From the IMG/VR virus record IMGVR_UViG_3300035698_002590: a DNA stretch of 64,000 nt; one strand, 5' to 3'. The stretch comes from an uncultured virus (IMG/VR IMGVR_UViG_3300035698_002590). Taxonomy: Duplodnaviria; Heunggongvirae; Uroviricota; Caudoviricetes. Of the stretch, positions 29,101 to 39,600 are shown piece by piece. The notes below the pieces were generated by a model. That model had not been told where the DNA came from. It ran no database searches and worked only from the letters and a program-made list of their open reading frames with translations. Numbering within the stretch: position 1 is the first letter of the stretch; the number at the start of each line of letters is the position of its first letter. The translations under genes were made by a program, and so were the position numbers.

Positions 29101-32100
29101 GCTAAGGTGTCGCTACCAACTGTGTTGTTTGGTGCGCCAATAATAATCTGGCGGCCATCTGTGGTTGTCGAAATACTCTGCCCAAAACGGGTTGCACCGC
29201 TAAGTCCAGCAATTGATTGTGGTATTACGTAAACATATTTCCAATAGCTATCTGCTCTTATAAGAACTGATCCTGTTACTCCAACAACAAGCACAACATT
29301 ATTGCCAGACAAGTTATAATCAATTGTAGGGCGTTGTAATACGTTATTGACGTAAACTGCAAAACTGTAAATATCAGTCACAGTGTGCAGCATGCTGGCA
29401 TCGAACGTAGTTTCTGATACCGTTGGAAAATATGTTTTACTTTGTAGTCTTGTAATGCGCAACTCGTCACCGTTGTTTAACGCTGTGTTAAACGTTACAG
29501 ATACTACACTGTTAACAGATGTTAATACCCAGTCTGTTACAGCAACTTTAGGAACGTTGTTAACAGTTACACCAATCTGAGTTTGTGCCGTTGCTAAATT
29601 GCTGTCAATCACAATAGTCGGAGTAATTGCAAAGCCGGTAGTAGCAGCATCTCCTGTGTATTTTACACTCTGACTTTGCACATCAATCAAGTTGTACGCA
29701 TTAACACTATTGTCACCTGGTGAGGAAATATACATCCAGCGTTCGTCTCTGCTAACTGCTACTCCGTAACCAAGCTCTGATGTTGCACCTGCTCCAGTAA
29801 AGATTTGAGTTTGTCTGTAGCTGCCGTTAGTTGAATTTCTGTTGATTGCAGTTGCATAACCTGTGTTACTGTCACTGGCACTTGCGCCTACTACTGCCCA
29901 ATCAAATTGTCCAGATGATACACTGCTACCAAATCTAGAGAATCCAGTAGTAGCAGGAATTATAGTTGCAGTTGCTACATATGCCCCTTCTCCTTTATTG
30001 TAAGCAACTACACCGCCGCTGTTGGTATACCCAGGCATGCCAACTAGTAGTCCTTGTTTGCGCAAGCCTTGGGAAATTGATGTACCATACAAGGCAGTCA
30101 CTTCGGCATCTGGTGCTTGCAAACCGGTTGGTGTAGAGAATGGGTTAATTTTTTCTAATACTTCCCATTTGTCGTTGCCGTTGTTGTCGACCCAAACTTG
30201 CTCACCGGTTACAATGTTATTTGCAAAAGTCAAGTTAGCAACGTCAGCGGGCTGAGCAACTCGCACACTTTCGAGAACAAATGCACGGCCATTGCCAGTT
30301 AAGTCAGTTGTGGTTCCGTTTAAGCTTAAATCAATTACTATGGTCCGTAAACTTGGCACCGAATCAACAATGTACGCACCGTCGACTGCACTTTCAAAGT
30401 ACTTAATAATCATTCTGTCAGCTGGCAATAGTCCATGATTAACATCAAACGTAATTGTACTAGTGCCATTTAAATTATCAAATGCAGAAATAACTGTAGC
30501 ATTAACTAAGTTGGTTCTGTAGATGTTCCAATCAAATCTATTTGCTTTGGCTACCCATATGTTAGAACCAACGATTACTGTATCAAGGTTGTTGATAACG
30601 CTTGTTAAGTCAGCATAGTCAAAAACTTTGATATCAATGTCGTCATAGTTTACATACCCAGCAGTCGGTAATCCTATGTCTTCGGCGATTTGATCTAACG
30701 TTGGCAATATATTTTTATTAGTTATTTTATAGCTTTGTTTCCATATAGAAGTTAACGGAACTGATTGATTAGCACTGCTTGTTTCGCCAGGATCAATGAC
30801 TGCAATAGTACTTGGATTTCCTAGTAATTTGCTTTCGTCGAGGCGTAATTCAAAATAACTACGATTTGCATTAGCACCATAAAGGCCGCGTTGAATTGCC
30901 CAATTTTCATATATTTCATACTCAGCTTGCTCTTTGCCAAGATTGGCACTAGTGAATATTTCAGCCGCAGCAAGTGTGCCTTTGGTTCCCAAGAATTGCG
31001 AATACAGTCCAGCTTGCGAAATATCATCTAAGTTTAAATTTTGCATGTACTGTCTAGGTCTAAATCCAATTAGTCCTAGTCCAAGTAGAGTAGCGTCTTG
31101 TTCTAGATTTGCAGTGTGTATATCGTAGTTTTCACGGAAGCCGTCTGCTTTACTAGCAAGGTTTGGCAGCAAGCCTTTTTGTATTTGAGTGTAATCACTT
31201 TTTAGCCATTTAGAAAAATCAAATGTCTCAGTCGGTGACAACAGTTCAGCTGCACTCCAATAAGCATTTTTATAAAGAACAATTTGTCCTTTAGTGTATG
31301 AGTTGTTAGGTACCCACTCTTTTATATTGTCCTCATTGAGGATAAACCCTTGCGCATCAAGTGTGCCGTTCCAGTTATACACTGTATACCCATTTAACAA
31401 CAAACGACTTTGTCTTGCAGCAGTTTTTGGTTCATAGATAAGGTCATTAAAAATACTAATATTATCAAACACAATAATATGTTCATAGCTAGTAAATCTT
31501 GCATTAAGATAGCTAAATGTCTGATTATTAAGTCCAATTAATTTAAGTTCATTGTCAAGTCTCTCAACTGAGTAGTCTTGTGATAGCAATGGCTCAAAGT
31601 TTTGATTTAACAATATATCATTGATGTTTTCACTTTTTAAACTTTCAACTACACTATTTGGTTTTTCTAATGTCAATACATTAGCAGAAGGATTTAAATT
31701 AATCAAACTACCAGCAATCCAACTTTGTCCAGACCAATATAAAAATTCTTGAGCCATCTGACTCCAAGTAAGAATAGAACCGCGGTCAGTATTGTCAAAA
31801 CTTAAACCTTGTGACTCTAGCAATTTACCGTAACTAATTAAAAAATCAACAACTCCATTTTTAGTTGTAAACTCATATCCATACGGAACTTGAACTACAG
31901 TATTAGTAAAAGTTTTAGCAACACGAACTGTTTCGCCATTTACAGTTATTGTACTGAAGTTTCCACTTGGTACACTTTGTAATATGTCAAAATACGGTTT
32001 TGTAGTAGAGTAACCACTGACAGTCCATCCTGTTGTAGATCTCTGTACAATAACACTACTATACTGCACTTCTGCAAAACTTGGATTCTGATAAAGAAAC

Positions 32101-35100
32101 AGTTGATAACTTTCGTCTGGCAGTAACAAACTAGCGTTCAGGCTATTTGGTGAAGATTTTTCGCTGAATATTTTTAGGTAGTTTTGGTCACTGAATGCAG
32201 CCATTCTATAACACAAACGTACATCAATATTTGCTAATTTAGTTTTTAGTATATCGGTACTGTCCAGGCCAGTGACTCTGTTGTAGTCAACAATAAAATT
32301 AATGTAACTATTCTTAATAGTACCATTGCCATAAATTTCAAGTTGTGATGGGTTTAGTCTAAATCTGTTGTTATACAAATATTGGTTAAAGTCTGTATTA
32401 TACTGCCACTCATCCCTGTCTGCAAACAATGAGAAGTAGTTTGCTGGTTTAGTTAGTGCAAGCAATCTTTGAATTGCAAACGGATAGTAACTACTGCGTC
32501 TCCATGCTGTTTCGGCTGGGCCCATGTCGCCGGCAACCCAAGATTTTTTGAAACTGTTTTGATCATAGTTTCCAACAATGCTACTAAATGGTGATAATAA
32601 GATACCTTGTGTATCAGTTGGAATACATTGTAACAATTCTGGACGAACGTATTCAGGACGAATATATGGTGTTACCGGATCAGCGACACGACCTGCTGCT
32701 AGATCTTCCCATAACACTAAGTTACCAGAAGTATAAGGAGCTGGACCGTATCTAGTGTTCCACCAAGTTGGTTTTTCTGACAATCCTAGCATTTCCCAGG
32801 GACGAGTGTCCGGGCTGTCTGTATCATATAGCTGGAAGTAGATAGCTCTCCACCCACCTAATAGGGGATCAGTTGACAAGCGATTGGTACTACTACTATA
32901 ATTCCAAGTAAACTCGTCGTTTGCCAAGTAGGTCTGTGATTTATAAGGAATGCGGTTGCCGCCGCACCAGGATAGAAAACTAACAGCAAGTATGTTGTTA
33001 ACGTCAGCCAAACTGTATTCAGTTGTGCGGAACTGCCCTGGGATAACATCAGTTGCTTTAAGAGGTAACGCATTACGTTCTTCTGCGTTAATTTTAATAT
33101 TGTTGTATACTCTCTTTTCAAACTCGAGCAATACTTCGTTTCTGTAATCGCCTTGCTCCCACGCAACTGTTATGCTACCGTCATGTCCTTGTATAACTTC
33201 TTGCGGAACAACATATGTATTGTCAACAAATGTACGCGGACGATATATTTCATACATTCCCATCATACTAGGTGTTGCTGGAACAAAACTGCCAGCAGTT
33301 GACTGATACTCACGTATAGAAATAAGATCGCCGTTGTTTAAGGTAACGTTGGCAGTGTTAATTGTGATCCGTGGTCCATCTACTGCAACAGTATAGTCAT
33401 ACCCTTCGCCAGTTAAAATAGTTTGTATGCCAGTGCTAATTGGTGTGTGGTATACCAATATGCCTGCATAGTTTGCTGTAAGCATGTCATAGCTGTAAAG
33501 CGTGTCAAACACATTTGAAGTAATTGGACTAACCGTATATGTTGTTAACTCAAATATAGGACCTGCTGGGATAGCATCAGTCCAATAAAACGGACTAAAC
33601 TGATTCTTGCCAGCGTTAACTGCTTGCAATGAATCGTCTAATATTTCAGCAGTAGTTTTTCCTTGCCAGTCAGTTTGCGCAACATAGTTTAAAATTTTAT
33701 TTTTTGTTTTATTATATTCAGTTGCATTAAATTCTAATGCACGGAAAAACTCAAACTGTCTGCCGTTGATAAAGTTTGTCATCATGCTCAACGGAGCACT
33801 TTGTTGCAAAATTATTCCGCCAAACGGAACAACATTCCCTAGATCGCGCATGTTGTTTGCACCGTGTATCTTGCCAGAGAAGTGTTGTAAGTTCTGACAG
33901 ATACTTTCATAATGCTTGCGAACAGTACCTAGTGTAAATCCATCGCTGTTTTCATTTAATGCATTTGATTCGAGGTTAACTGGTATAGTATAAAAGCCAA
34001 CGTTACTCGCAACATCACTGATAACTTGAGCTTCAACTACTGCACCAGCAGCTGGAGTAGAGGTTGTTGTGCTGGCATTAAAGGTTATCGACGTTGTTCC
34101 GCTAGCATTAGTTGCATAGGTATATGTGCTCGGAAGAACAAATTGTCCTTCAACATAAACCTTAACAGGAATTAATGACGTATCAGCAACAACTTGTACG
34201 TCGAGAACAAGAGGCACGCCTGTGTATTCAAAAGTAAAACTTTGGCGTTGAACTGTCTTAGTAAATGATGTTTGCCACCCTAGTAGTTTGTCAAATGCAA
34301 TTCTAGTACTATACTGTCTGACTACACCTGTGTCAATCTTTTTTGTAACACTAACTGTGCCCTTAACATAAACAAACGTATCAACATACAAGTTATTGTC
34401 AAATACAATATCACCGACATTAGCAATAGCTGAGTATTTTAGTGGCTGCCCAATAATAGTATCTGTTACACCTGCCCCGACTGCATAGCTAAACAGCTTG
34501 GTGCCCACAAACGTGGAACTTGGATAAACAGTTTGGTCGCCAAAGCTGTACCCATTGCTGTCAAATGTATCAAACAACGGGGCTTGGTTAACACCAGATT
34601 TTTGTTGTGATGGTAACCAGTTAGTACCGTTAAACCAATATGTTAACCCTTGTAGCGTTGCGCCACTTGATATCACAGTAGTTGTATTATTTGGGATATC
34701 CGGAGTTGTTAAACTTGCCGGCTGTAGATCAATAATTGGCAAGACAGTTGAATCGCCAATATCTGGCGTAATAAACGTTACTTCGTATATTTTATTTCTT
34801 ACCTCAGGATCCAAGTCAGCAGCAAAGATGACTTTAGATCCTGTAATTAACGCATAACCATCAATGCTATATCCAATACTGCCATTGATATTTGAGAACG
34901 CATCAGTTTCATTGAAGTCAATGATATTAACTGTGTTAATTCCCACTGTGCCGTAATTATAAAGTTTTAGATTCTTCCTAAACTCTAACACAGGACGTTT
35001 GGCTCTGTTAGTATTATTGATTTCTGCTGGAACTTTATTATAAATTGCAGTAGCATTTAATACATCAACGTGGAACCATCTATTACTACGACTCCATGCA

Positions 35101-36686
35101 TTTCTATCAATGCTTGCTCTATTAATAGTCATGTAATCTTGGGTAGTTGGCGCATTTAGTGTACTATCAAAATTGCCTTCGTCATATGGTGTGCTGTCGT
35201 ATGGAAGCGAAGAACTAGCTGTGTATGTTTCCGGAGTGATAAAGTCAGACACTAATAACAAGTCAATTGCTGTGCCAACTCCTTCAACATAGTATTCGTT
35301 GTTTTCGTAACTAGCAGGAACAACTGTTCCAATAAACCGCACCTTGAGACCATTAGTAAACACAACACCATTTGGAGATGTGTAGTCCTTCTTACCAATA
35401 ATAGCAGACATGTTTAAATCTGCAGAATTTGCTTGATCAACAACGTTGATAACACCAAAGTTGGTTTCGTCAATGCCATCTTGGTAGTAAAGAATATTTG
35501 CATTAGCAGTAATAAGAGGTTGACGCTCTAACGTACCTTCGGCATTCTTGTACCACGTAACACCAGCATTGTTTGTACCGTATTCAATTAACGTTTTATT
35601 TAAATTTGGAATACTTTGATTAACAGTGAGCTCCATAAACGGACGGTCAGGATCTGCATAGTTAAAGTTAATTCTCCACTGCACATATCTTTGAGCGTCA
35701 GTAGCCAATGGAGTAGAGTCATCGTATGGACCTTCGCCAAAGCCATTGCCTTCTGTGTCAAATGGCACTTGAATTTCCCATCCAGCATCAGTGCTAGTTG
35801 TAAAAATCAACGTGCGATTTTGTAAGTCGGTGATTCCGTCAATGCCGCCGTGTGCAGCAAGAAACGTATCGACATATTGATTATTAATTTCAGTAAATTT
35901 TAATGTGTCTTCGACTAGATCAGTTGCCCCAATATCAGCAAGTGTAAAATAAAAGTTTTGGGCAGTTTTTGCAGGTACATCAAATGTAACTGTGCCAGTG
36001 TCTTCTCCATTGTTAATTACGCCTAGTACTTGTCTTGATGATTGATTTGTTTGATATGGCAAGACACCAGCGGTGCCAGGGACACTTTGAATCCAAAAAT
36101 CGTGCCCAGAATCATTTACATTAAATGTGTAATTGCCTTCGCGCACAAGTGTTAGCGTAGGCAATGTACCAGCTTCGCCCGAAAAAGTATAACCAGTGGC
36201 TGTTACGTCAACATCAAAATCATCACGAATCGGTGCAGAATTTGCAAATACGTCAACGCTGTTTGGTCCTTCGGGCACCCAGTAGTATTGTCCAAAGTTT
36301 ACATATTTGTCGTAGTCAACAAATGGGTCAAAGCTATAGTGCTCACTGTTAAACAATCTGTTGTGGCGTGTAACATCTGCACCTTGCAGTGCTAGGCTAT
36401 TAATAATACCCGGGTAAGTAATTGCTGATTCAATTTTATTAGTATTTGGTTTAAGCTGAACAACACCTGGTTCTAGTTGGTAATCTGTTCTAGTAACCGT
36501 TGGTTCTAGCACATAGTTGTCACTGGCAGTAACACCGGGGCCTATTTTGCGCCCAATGTACCCTTGAGTTGGTTTTAATTTTGGGTTTTGATATAATTGG
36601 TCAAGAGTACTACGCAACAATTGTTTGTTAGCAGGTGTCTGGAAGATCTCTGGAAGAAACTCTTCAGAACGAATTCTTTTAGCCAT
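23136..36686 (-). CDS. Giant (4516 aa) virion structural protein, baseplate wedge/fibre-like
   Basis: Uninterrupted 13.5-kb ORF directly after gp6; FG-GAP-like beta-propeller repeats (FGxSV...VGAP), GGTGY/GSGY repeats, GDGSTTTF-type repeats. Confidence 0.85.
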   Translation of the reverse strand: MAKRIRSEEFLPEIFQTPANKQLLRSTLDQLYQNPKLKPTQGYIGRKIGPGVTASDNYVLEPTVTRTDYQLEPGVVQLKPNTNKIESAITYPGIINSLALQGADVTRHNRLFNSEHYSFDPFVDYDKYVNFGQYYWVPEGPNSVDVFANSAPIRDDFDVDVTATGYTFSGEAGTLPTLTLVREGNYTFNVNDSGHDFWIQSVPGTAGVLPYQTNQSSRQVLGVINNGEDTGTVTFDVPAKTAQNFYFTLADIGATDLVEDTLKFTEINNQYVDTFLAAHGGIDGITDLQNRTLIFTTSTDAGWEIQVPFDTEGNGFGEGPYDDSTPLATDAQRYVQWRINFNYADPDRPFMELTVNQSIPNLNKTLIEYGTNNAGVTWYKNAEGTLERQPLITANANILYYQDGIDETNFGVINVVDQANSADLNMSAIIGKKDYTSPNGVVFTNGLKVRFIGTVVPASYENNEYYVEGVGTAIDLLLVSDFITPETYTASSSLPYDSTPYDEGNFDSTLNAPTTQDYMTINRASIDRNAWSRSNRWFHVDVLNATAIYNKVPAEINNTNRAKRPVLEFRKNLKLYNYGTVGINTVNIIDFNETDAFSNINGSIGYSIDGYALITGSKVIFAADLDPEVRNKIYEVTFITPDIGDSTVLPIIDLQPASLTTPDIPNNTTTVISSGATLQGLTYWFNGTNWLPSQQKSGVNQAPLFDTFDSNGYSFGDQTVYPSSTFVGTKLFSYAVGAGVTDTIIGQPLKYSAIANVGDIVFDNNLYVDTFVYVKGTVSVTKKIDTGVVRQYSTRIAFDKLLGWQTSFTKTVQRQSFTFEYTGVPLVLDVQVVADTSLIPVKVYVEGQFVLPSTYTYATNASGTTSITFNASTTTSTPAAGAVVEAQVISDVASNVGFYTIPVNLESNALNENSDGFTLGTVRKHYESICQNLQHFSGKIHGANNMRDLGNVVPFGGIILQQSAPLSMMTNFINGRQFEFFRALEFNATEYNKTKNKILNYVAQTDWQGKTTAEILDDSLQAVNAGKNQFSPFYWTDAIPAGPIFELTTYTVSPITSNVFDTLYSYDMLTANYAGILVYHTPISTGIQTILTGEGYDYTVAVDGPRITINTANVTLNNGDLISIREYQSTAGSFVPATPSMMGMYEIYRPRTFVDNTYVVPQEVIQGHDGSITVAWEQGDYRNEVLLEFEKRVYNNIKINAEERNALPLKATDVIPGQFRTTEYSLADVNNILAVSFLSWCGGNRIPYKSQTYLANDEFTWNYSSSTNRLSTDPLLGGWRAIYFQLYDTDSPDTRPWEMLGLSEKPTWWNTRYGPAPYTSGNLVLWEDLAAGRVADPVTPYIRPEYVRPELLQCIPTDTQGILLSPFSSIVGNYDQNSFKKSWVAGDMGPAETAWRRSSYYPFAIQRLLALTKPANYFSLFADRDEWQYNTDFNQYLYNNRFRLNPSQLEIYGNGTIKNSYINFIVDYNRVTGLDSTDILKTKLANIDVRLCYRMAAFSDQNYLKIFSEKSSPNSLNASLLLPDESYQLFLYQNPSFAEVQYSSVIVQRSTTGWTVSGYSTTKPYFDILQSVPSGNFSTITVNGETVRVAKTFTNTVVQVPYGYEFTTKNGVVDFLISYGKLLESQGLSFDNTDRGSILTWSQMAQEFLYWSGQSWIAGSLINLNPSANVLTLEKPNSVVESLKSENINDILLNQNFEPLLSQDYSVERLDNELKLIGLNNQTFSYLNARFTSYEHIIVFDNISIFNDLIYEPKTAARQSRLLLNGYTVYNWNGTLDAQGFILNEDNIKEWVPNNSYTKGQIVLYKNAYWSAAELLSPTETFDFSKWLKSDYTQIQKGLLPNLASKADGFRENYDIHTANLEQDATLLGLGLIGFRPRQYMQNLNLDDISQAGLYSQFLGTKGTLAAAEIFTSANLGKEQAEYEIYENWAIQRGLYGANANRSYFELRLDESKLLGNPSTIAVIDPGETSSANQSVPLTSIWKQSYKITNKNILPTLDQIAEDIGLPTAGYVNYDDIDIKVFDYADLTSVINNLDTVIVGSNIWVAKANRFDWNIYRTNLVNATVISAFDNLNGTSTITFDVNHGLLPADRMIIKYFESAVDGAYIVDSVPSLRTIVIDLSLNGTTTDLTGNGRAFVLESVRVAQPADVANLTFANNIVTGEQVWVDNNGNDKWEVLEKINPFSTPTGLQAPDAEVTALYGTSISQGLRKQGLLVGMPGYTNSGGVVAYNKGEGAYVATATIIPATTGFSRFGSSVSSGQFDWAVVGASASDSNTGYATAINRNSTNGSYRQTQIFTGAGATSELGYGVAVSRDERWMYISSPGDNSVNAYNLIDVQSQSVKYTGDAATTGFAITPTIVIDSNLATAQTQIGVTVNNVPKVAVTDWVLTSVNSVVSVTFNTALNNGDELRITRLQSKTYFPTVSETTFDASMLHTVTDIYSFAVYVNNVLQRPTIDYNLSGNNVVLVVGVTGSVLIRADSYWKYVYVIPQSIAGLSGATRFGQSISTTTDGRQIIIGAPNNTVGSDTLAGTVHIIDRSVERFQVTDSAVVAYTVTDAPNGPVSVTVNGNYLIPTNNFNNPQFSVAGSVVTIGTTVNPVTLNVGDIIEIETNTFRLMQSIQSTAPGAAYNFGNVVENCPTNCSLYIGMPNDSAIVPEGGSVDRWANQSRLFGNITGTVANPALSIGNSIRINNYYVALTGTTVATLVSDINNANIPNVVAINNANKLQLTLQNVAAGDAFIKLQVLPGTGTAYTDLGLAPMVYAQTITSPVAQGYGHFGTSLSISDTAATLVVGAPDATAFLPTTFDAATTYFDSNSTSFLDAVTESGVVYTYDFLNAANASITNPGLFVFGQQIYDTTITSFDNFGAAVNYHDGILLVGAPNDDLGDSAIANFGRISQFTNANKQLAWKIVYIQEPIVNAALLNSVFTYNKIDNAVTNYLDFIDPLQGKILGAAQANIDFTGGIDPAAYNAGTVNNFGSQWNSDHLGEMWWDLSTVRFIDYHQDTIEYKARRWGQLFEGSVVDVYQWTESSVPPAEYTGPGTVYNITSFTITSVLDSAGTFVTYYYYWVKNITSVSTGKTLSAQGVAQYIENPRSSGINYIAAIAPNTMALYNCRELISATDTILHIEFDKIENNDNVHAEYDLITVNNANSFLGAGLYRKMLDSYCGEDTLGNLVPDATLGIADKYGVSFRPRQSLFVDRFLALENYLTRANKIMALYPLSESKKFDLLNSEDPEPTSVSGAWNKRVATYAELTYQDLRQVPVGYKYLVASDATQQGLWTIYIVEANKTLLLNRVQNYDTKLYWNYVNWSATGYDVSTRPAVEVPLYSDLLALTPSNGDTVKVTANSFGKSEIYQWNATSAEWVRVQLTDGTVAISNTIWDYAIGRFGFDTEVFDAQLFDQAPTIETRQILKALNQEIFTTDLEIYRNQLLVQAFEFIMSEQTAPDWLFKTSLIDVTHKIRDLVPYPIYRRDNQDFVSDYIKEVKPYHVQIREFSLRYEGLDNYLGNDTDFDVPAYYDALRGKFISPILDNNTDNPSSLSSFPSTDPIWGTWPYSQWFNNYLLELNSVTVLNGGTGYTVPPQVIVTGDATTQATMEAKVNSAGEVISVDVLTTGSGYTTTPVITISGGNGVGATAIAVLATGVIRDFTTTIKYNRITYTSQVLDWAPNTVYTATELVRYPVPTVGKVNAVKPQVYQVITDFTSETIFDPENYTVVDPSTLDGADRTIGMYTPTPTEPGRELAQLMLGINYPGVQVEGPDFSQNTGYDVGNFDINPFDNIDFGPEGQPTYDPGILDAIYESTFLDSYLGIRPTDINVEGGEFIDTYSSHAPEELVPGSEFDTLDLKVYTRPGSDWLTDGNGFAINNVSVEYAGVGTTVSFAALMNYPVGVDVINETTRQNIPEGDYAVNWITKVITINTINNGAIGDTFNVEVWGLGGGSQLYKESFVGSAITNATQLINVAYTEIAELVVFVNGELITTYTYAASGNFATNVTFDIQPTATDWVTITALGVTTPTQLSWSTPQIQRFTHDGSTSQYALTNSLQGTNIVNMIVERNGLRLRAPEGIEYTSDGSSLGPYYLSTTGKTNQDLIADNDVLVYVDNVQKNLAVDWTLSEFDGSSDRYVEFNSSSQPANGAEILIAVTTEADYTIVNTNDLLLRVTAIPNTQFNVHTYNDTAQQNIITKVFQGPTSEGTTTGIAFDESDYDDDPYDYTVGIVIQTNNFALGRLVTNPDRMVVTLNGGHLHIGGEFNLTTGSDGFSILTVDGGILGANDVLIVTMFTMNVIPDSLNFRIFQDMLNSQKILKLNNSNTTELVADLTQTADTVYVKDASKLSAPALASNIFGQMMVGAERITYRTRSLENNTVSGLRRGVAGTGAFAHVSGVSVSDVGMAQQVPSAYQQVTTSDTTNIGDGSTTTFIGSNIVVPTVVDSTELDEAVRVSVGGTVLIPTTDFTVTEVDATQVEITLTTAPGDGVEIDISIVTGKVMYAQGNGTASNGIALQDQTTAAALFLKDQG

Positions 36687-36689
36687 AGT

Positions 36690-39600
36690 TTATACTACTC
36701 CGCTATTTGGTGCAGTGCGTAGTTGACTGCTGGTTAGTGCACTAATTACTTCAACGTCATTAACCGTTGCTGCATTAACAAAAATTTCACTTGGTTGGCT
36801 ACGAATTTCATACAGATCGCCGAATGATTTCAATGGATCAGTTGGCACAAGAACCACAGTTGAAATAATACTGCCTAATTGATCATGTAAATATGCACTG
36901 AGTTCTGAGAAGAAGAAGGTATCTCCAAAGTCCCAATTTTCAATAGTAAAATATTGATTCATTGCTGCAACAACCTGGCTTTTAATTTCACTGGTACTTA
37001 CTGTGCTGTTTGGATTTTTAACACATTTAATTGTTGCTCTCAATTCAGGTGCAGACTTGGTGCCAAACAGTGGTTTAAAAATTGCACTGTTTAGAATAAT
37101 GTTGTCTGAAATCATTTTATAGTCATTCAACGTACTGTAACTTGTTGTTAGCTCGTCAATGGTAGGTTGTGCCGGTTGCAACACAGTTCCTGTGCTATCT
37201 TTAACATAATTTTGATATGCAGTATAATATGCACTGGTAACTAAGAAGATGTCAATAATGTTAGTTGTACCCGGATCAATACGTCTACTTAATGGAGCAT
37301 TGTGTCTATACTGGAAGTATAAGTCTTGGCGGCCAACATAATATATATAACCCAGTGCTTGAGTTAACGTGCGAGTTCCAGTATAGGCAACAGTTAATAT
37401 ATAAAATAATTTATCGGTGTATGCGTAAAACACTTGGTTGTCAGGGAATTCACTTTTAACTAATTCAATTGCTGATTTAGTTGCATACTGCCCATTGACA
37501 ACTCCGCTCGCTAAAGGAATATATCTTTCTAAATTGTCAAAGTCAACAGTTTTTTGTAAATACACTCTTTTGGTATTAGGGTTTGTTGTAGGCGCAACTA
37601 ATGTCTGAAAGTAGTCTGGATTGTCTGGGATGCCATCGTTGTCTGAATCTTTGTAACTAATTCTAACACGGAAATCATCAACGTATCCGTCTGTTTCCAC
37701 TGGTTGGCCAACAATATCAAGTATCTCATCACTATTTAATGTTGAGCTAGTATCAGGTTGGTTATTGGTTTTCAATACGTTAATAAAGTCATTGATAACT
37801 GTACCGGTCTTAGGATCATATACTTTTTGTGTGCCATCATAGAAGAAACGGGTTTCTAAAACACTAGCCCAAAAACGTTCTAAACTTCTAGAGCTTACTG
37901 TGTAGGTAATACCATCTGTTGAAAATGCAACTAGCCAACTGTTGTCTAGCCCAGTACCGGATGTGTTTTGTGCATAGTCGAGACTGAAGGTTGTTGCTTC
38001 ATTTAAGTTAGTTGATGTAATAACATACCACGCTCCAGTTAAGTTGTTATATCCTAACCCAAAGTTTCTATACAATTCCATTTGCTCACGCATGGTTTGC
38101 TCAATGGCAGCAGGCAAGTCAGTGACAAAGTTTGTAATAACTTGCACAGGCACAGCATTTGTTGGGATAAAGTTGTTAAGTGTTACTGGCCCAGTACCGT
38201 CTGTGTTATTGCCTACTCCAAAGTTTGTGCCATTGAGTTCAAGCTGTGTAACAGTTGCCCATAGTGTCATTTTATCGCCCGGTAATGTTGGCGTGCCAGG
38301 AAGCAATCTATTGAATTTATTAAAATAGAAACCACTTGGTGGTACAAATTTAATTAGACCGCCTTGTGCAATATATTGTTTATTGTCTGACGTTTGTGGG
38401 CCCACTGGGGCAGGGGCGCCGTTTGCAGTGAATCTAAAAAATCCTGTTGTTTCGTTGTTGCTAGTTGTACTTTGGCTCCAATTAAGATTTAGGCTAGTTA
38501 AATCTGGACGATTGAAGTTCTGATAATAAAACTCTTGCATACCTCTACTAGATAGCACAGGTTCAACCTGGTTGATAATAACATTGCTAATATCATTCTG
38601 ATCTATAAACGTAAATGTAAAACTTGGAACATCTGTGGTTTCGTATATTAGACCGTCGCTGGCAAATATATTAGTTGAGCTGTACTTTCCAGTGATGTCA
38701 ACTAGATCTAAGTATCGGCTTGTGCCAATGGAACTTCTGTTAACTGCTTTTGATTTAATAATTGTGCTGTACAAAGTGTAAGGAAAGTTGTTGTAATCTT
38801 CTCCGTTAACCATGCGGTTTTGTGTATAATACCTAGCAGGAGCACGTTGTTTAATATCATTAATATTTTCTCTAGTGGTTGCATTACTCACTGGTGATGT
38901 TAATGCACAAGTCATTGTTAATGTTTCGTTGCGTCCTGTTCTACTTACATAGCTAATAGCAATAGTAATATTTTGCATTTCGTTAGCATTAATAACATAG
39001 TTCAATCCGTTTGAACTTCTAACGTAAGATCTGAATGTGCCAACTGGTATAGACGAAAACACCCCGTCGCCAAAGTTTAAATTAATTTGGTCATTTGTTC
39101 TTGATGTAATAGTAAAATATTTACGCTGATCAGGAGTAAGTTGCTCAACTGCACCAGTGTATATGTTTTCTACAAATTTCCATTCGTCGCCAACTGCACC
39201 TAGAGAATCTATTTCATAAAGCCAAACGTCTTCGTTGTTAATGCCTTCAATGTTTACATTAACTACTCTATTAGAAATACGCTCTCCTAAGTTAAACGGA
39301 AAATCTTGCAAGGACCCTTGTTTGAACATAAAGAAGTATCCAGTGTTAGCACTAGCGTATCCTTGTCTGTCGTTTTTATACAGCATATTAAATAAGCCAT
39401 TTGGCTTTGGTGCAGGCTCATACATGTAAGTTTTGTTTACCGACGTTGAACTTACTGCCTCAAACACCATGTTAGTACCATTAATTGTTGACGAAAATGG
39501 TACTACTGGTAAAAAGCCGTTTGCAAGATTAAGGGTGTACTCATCAGTTTGCACACCAAGAATATTTTGGCTGTTACCCGGGCGACCAAATCGTTGGCTA

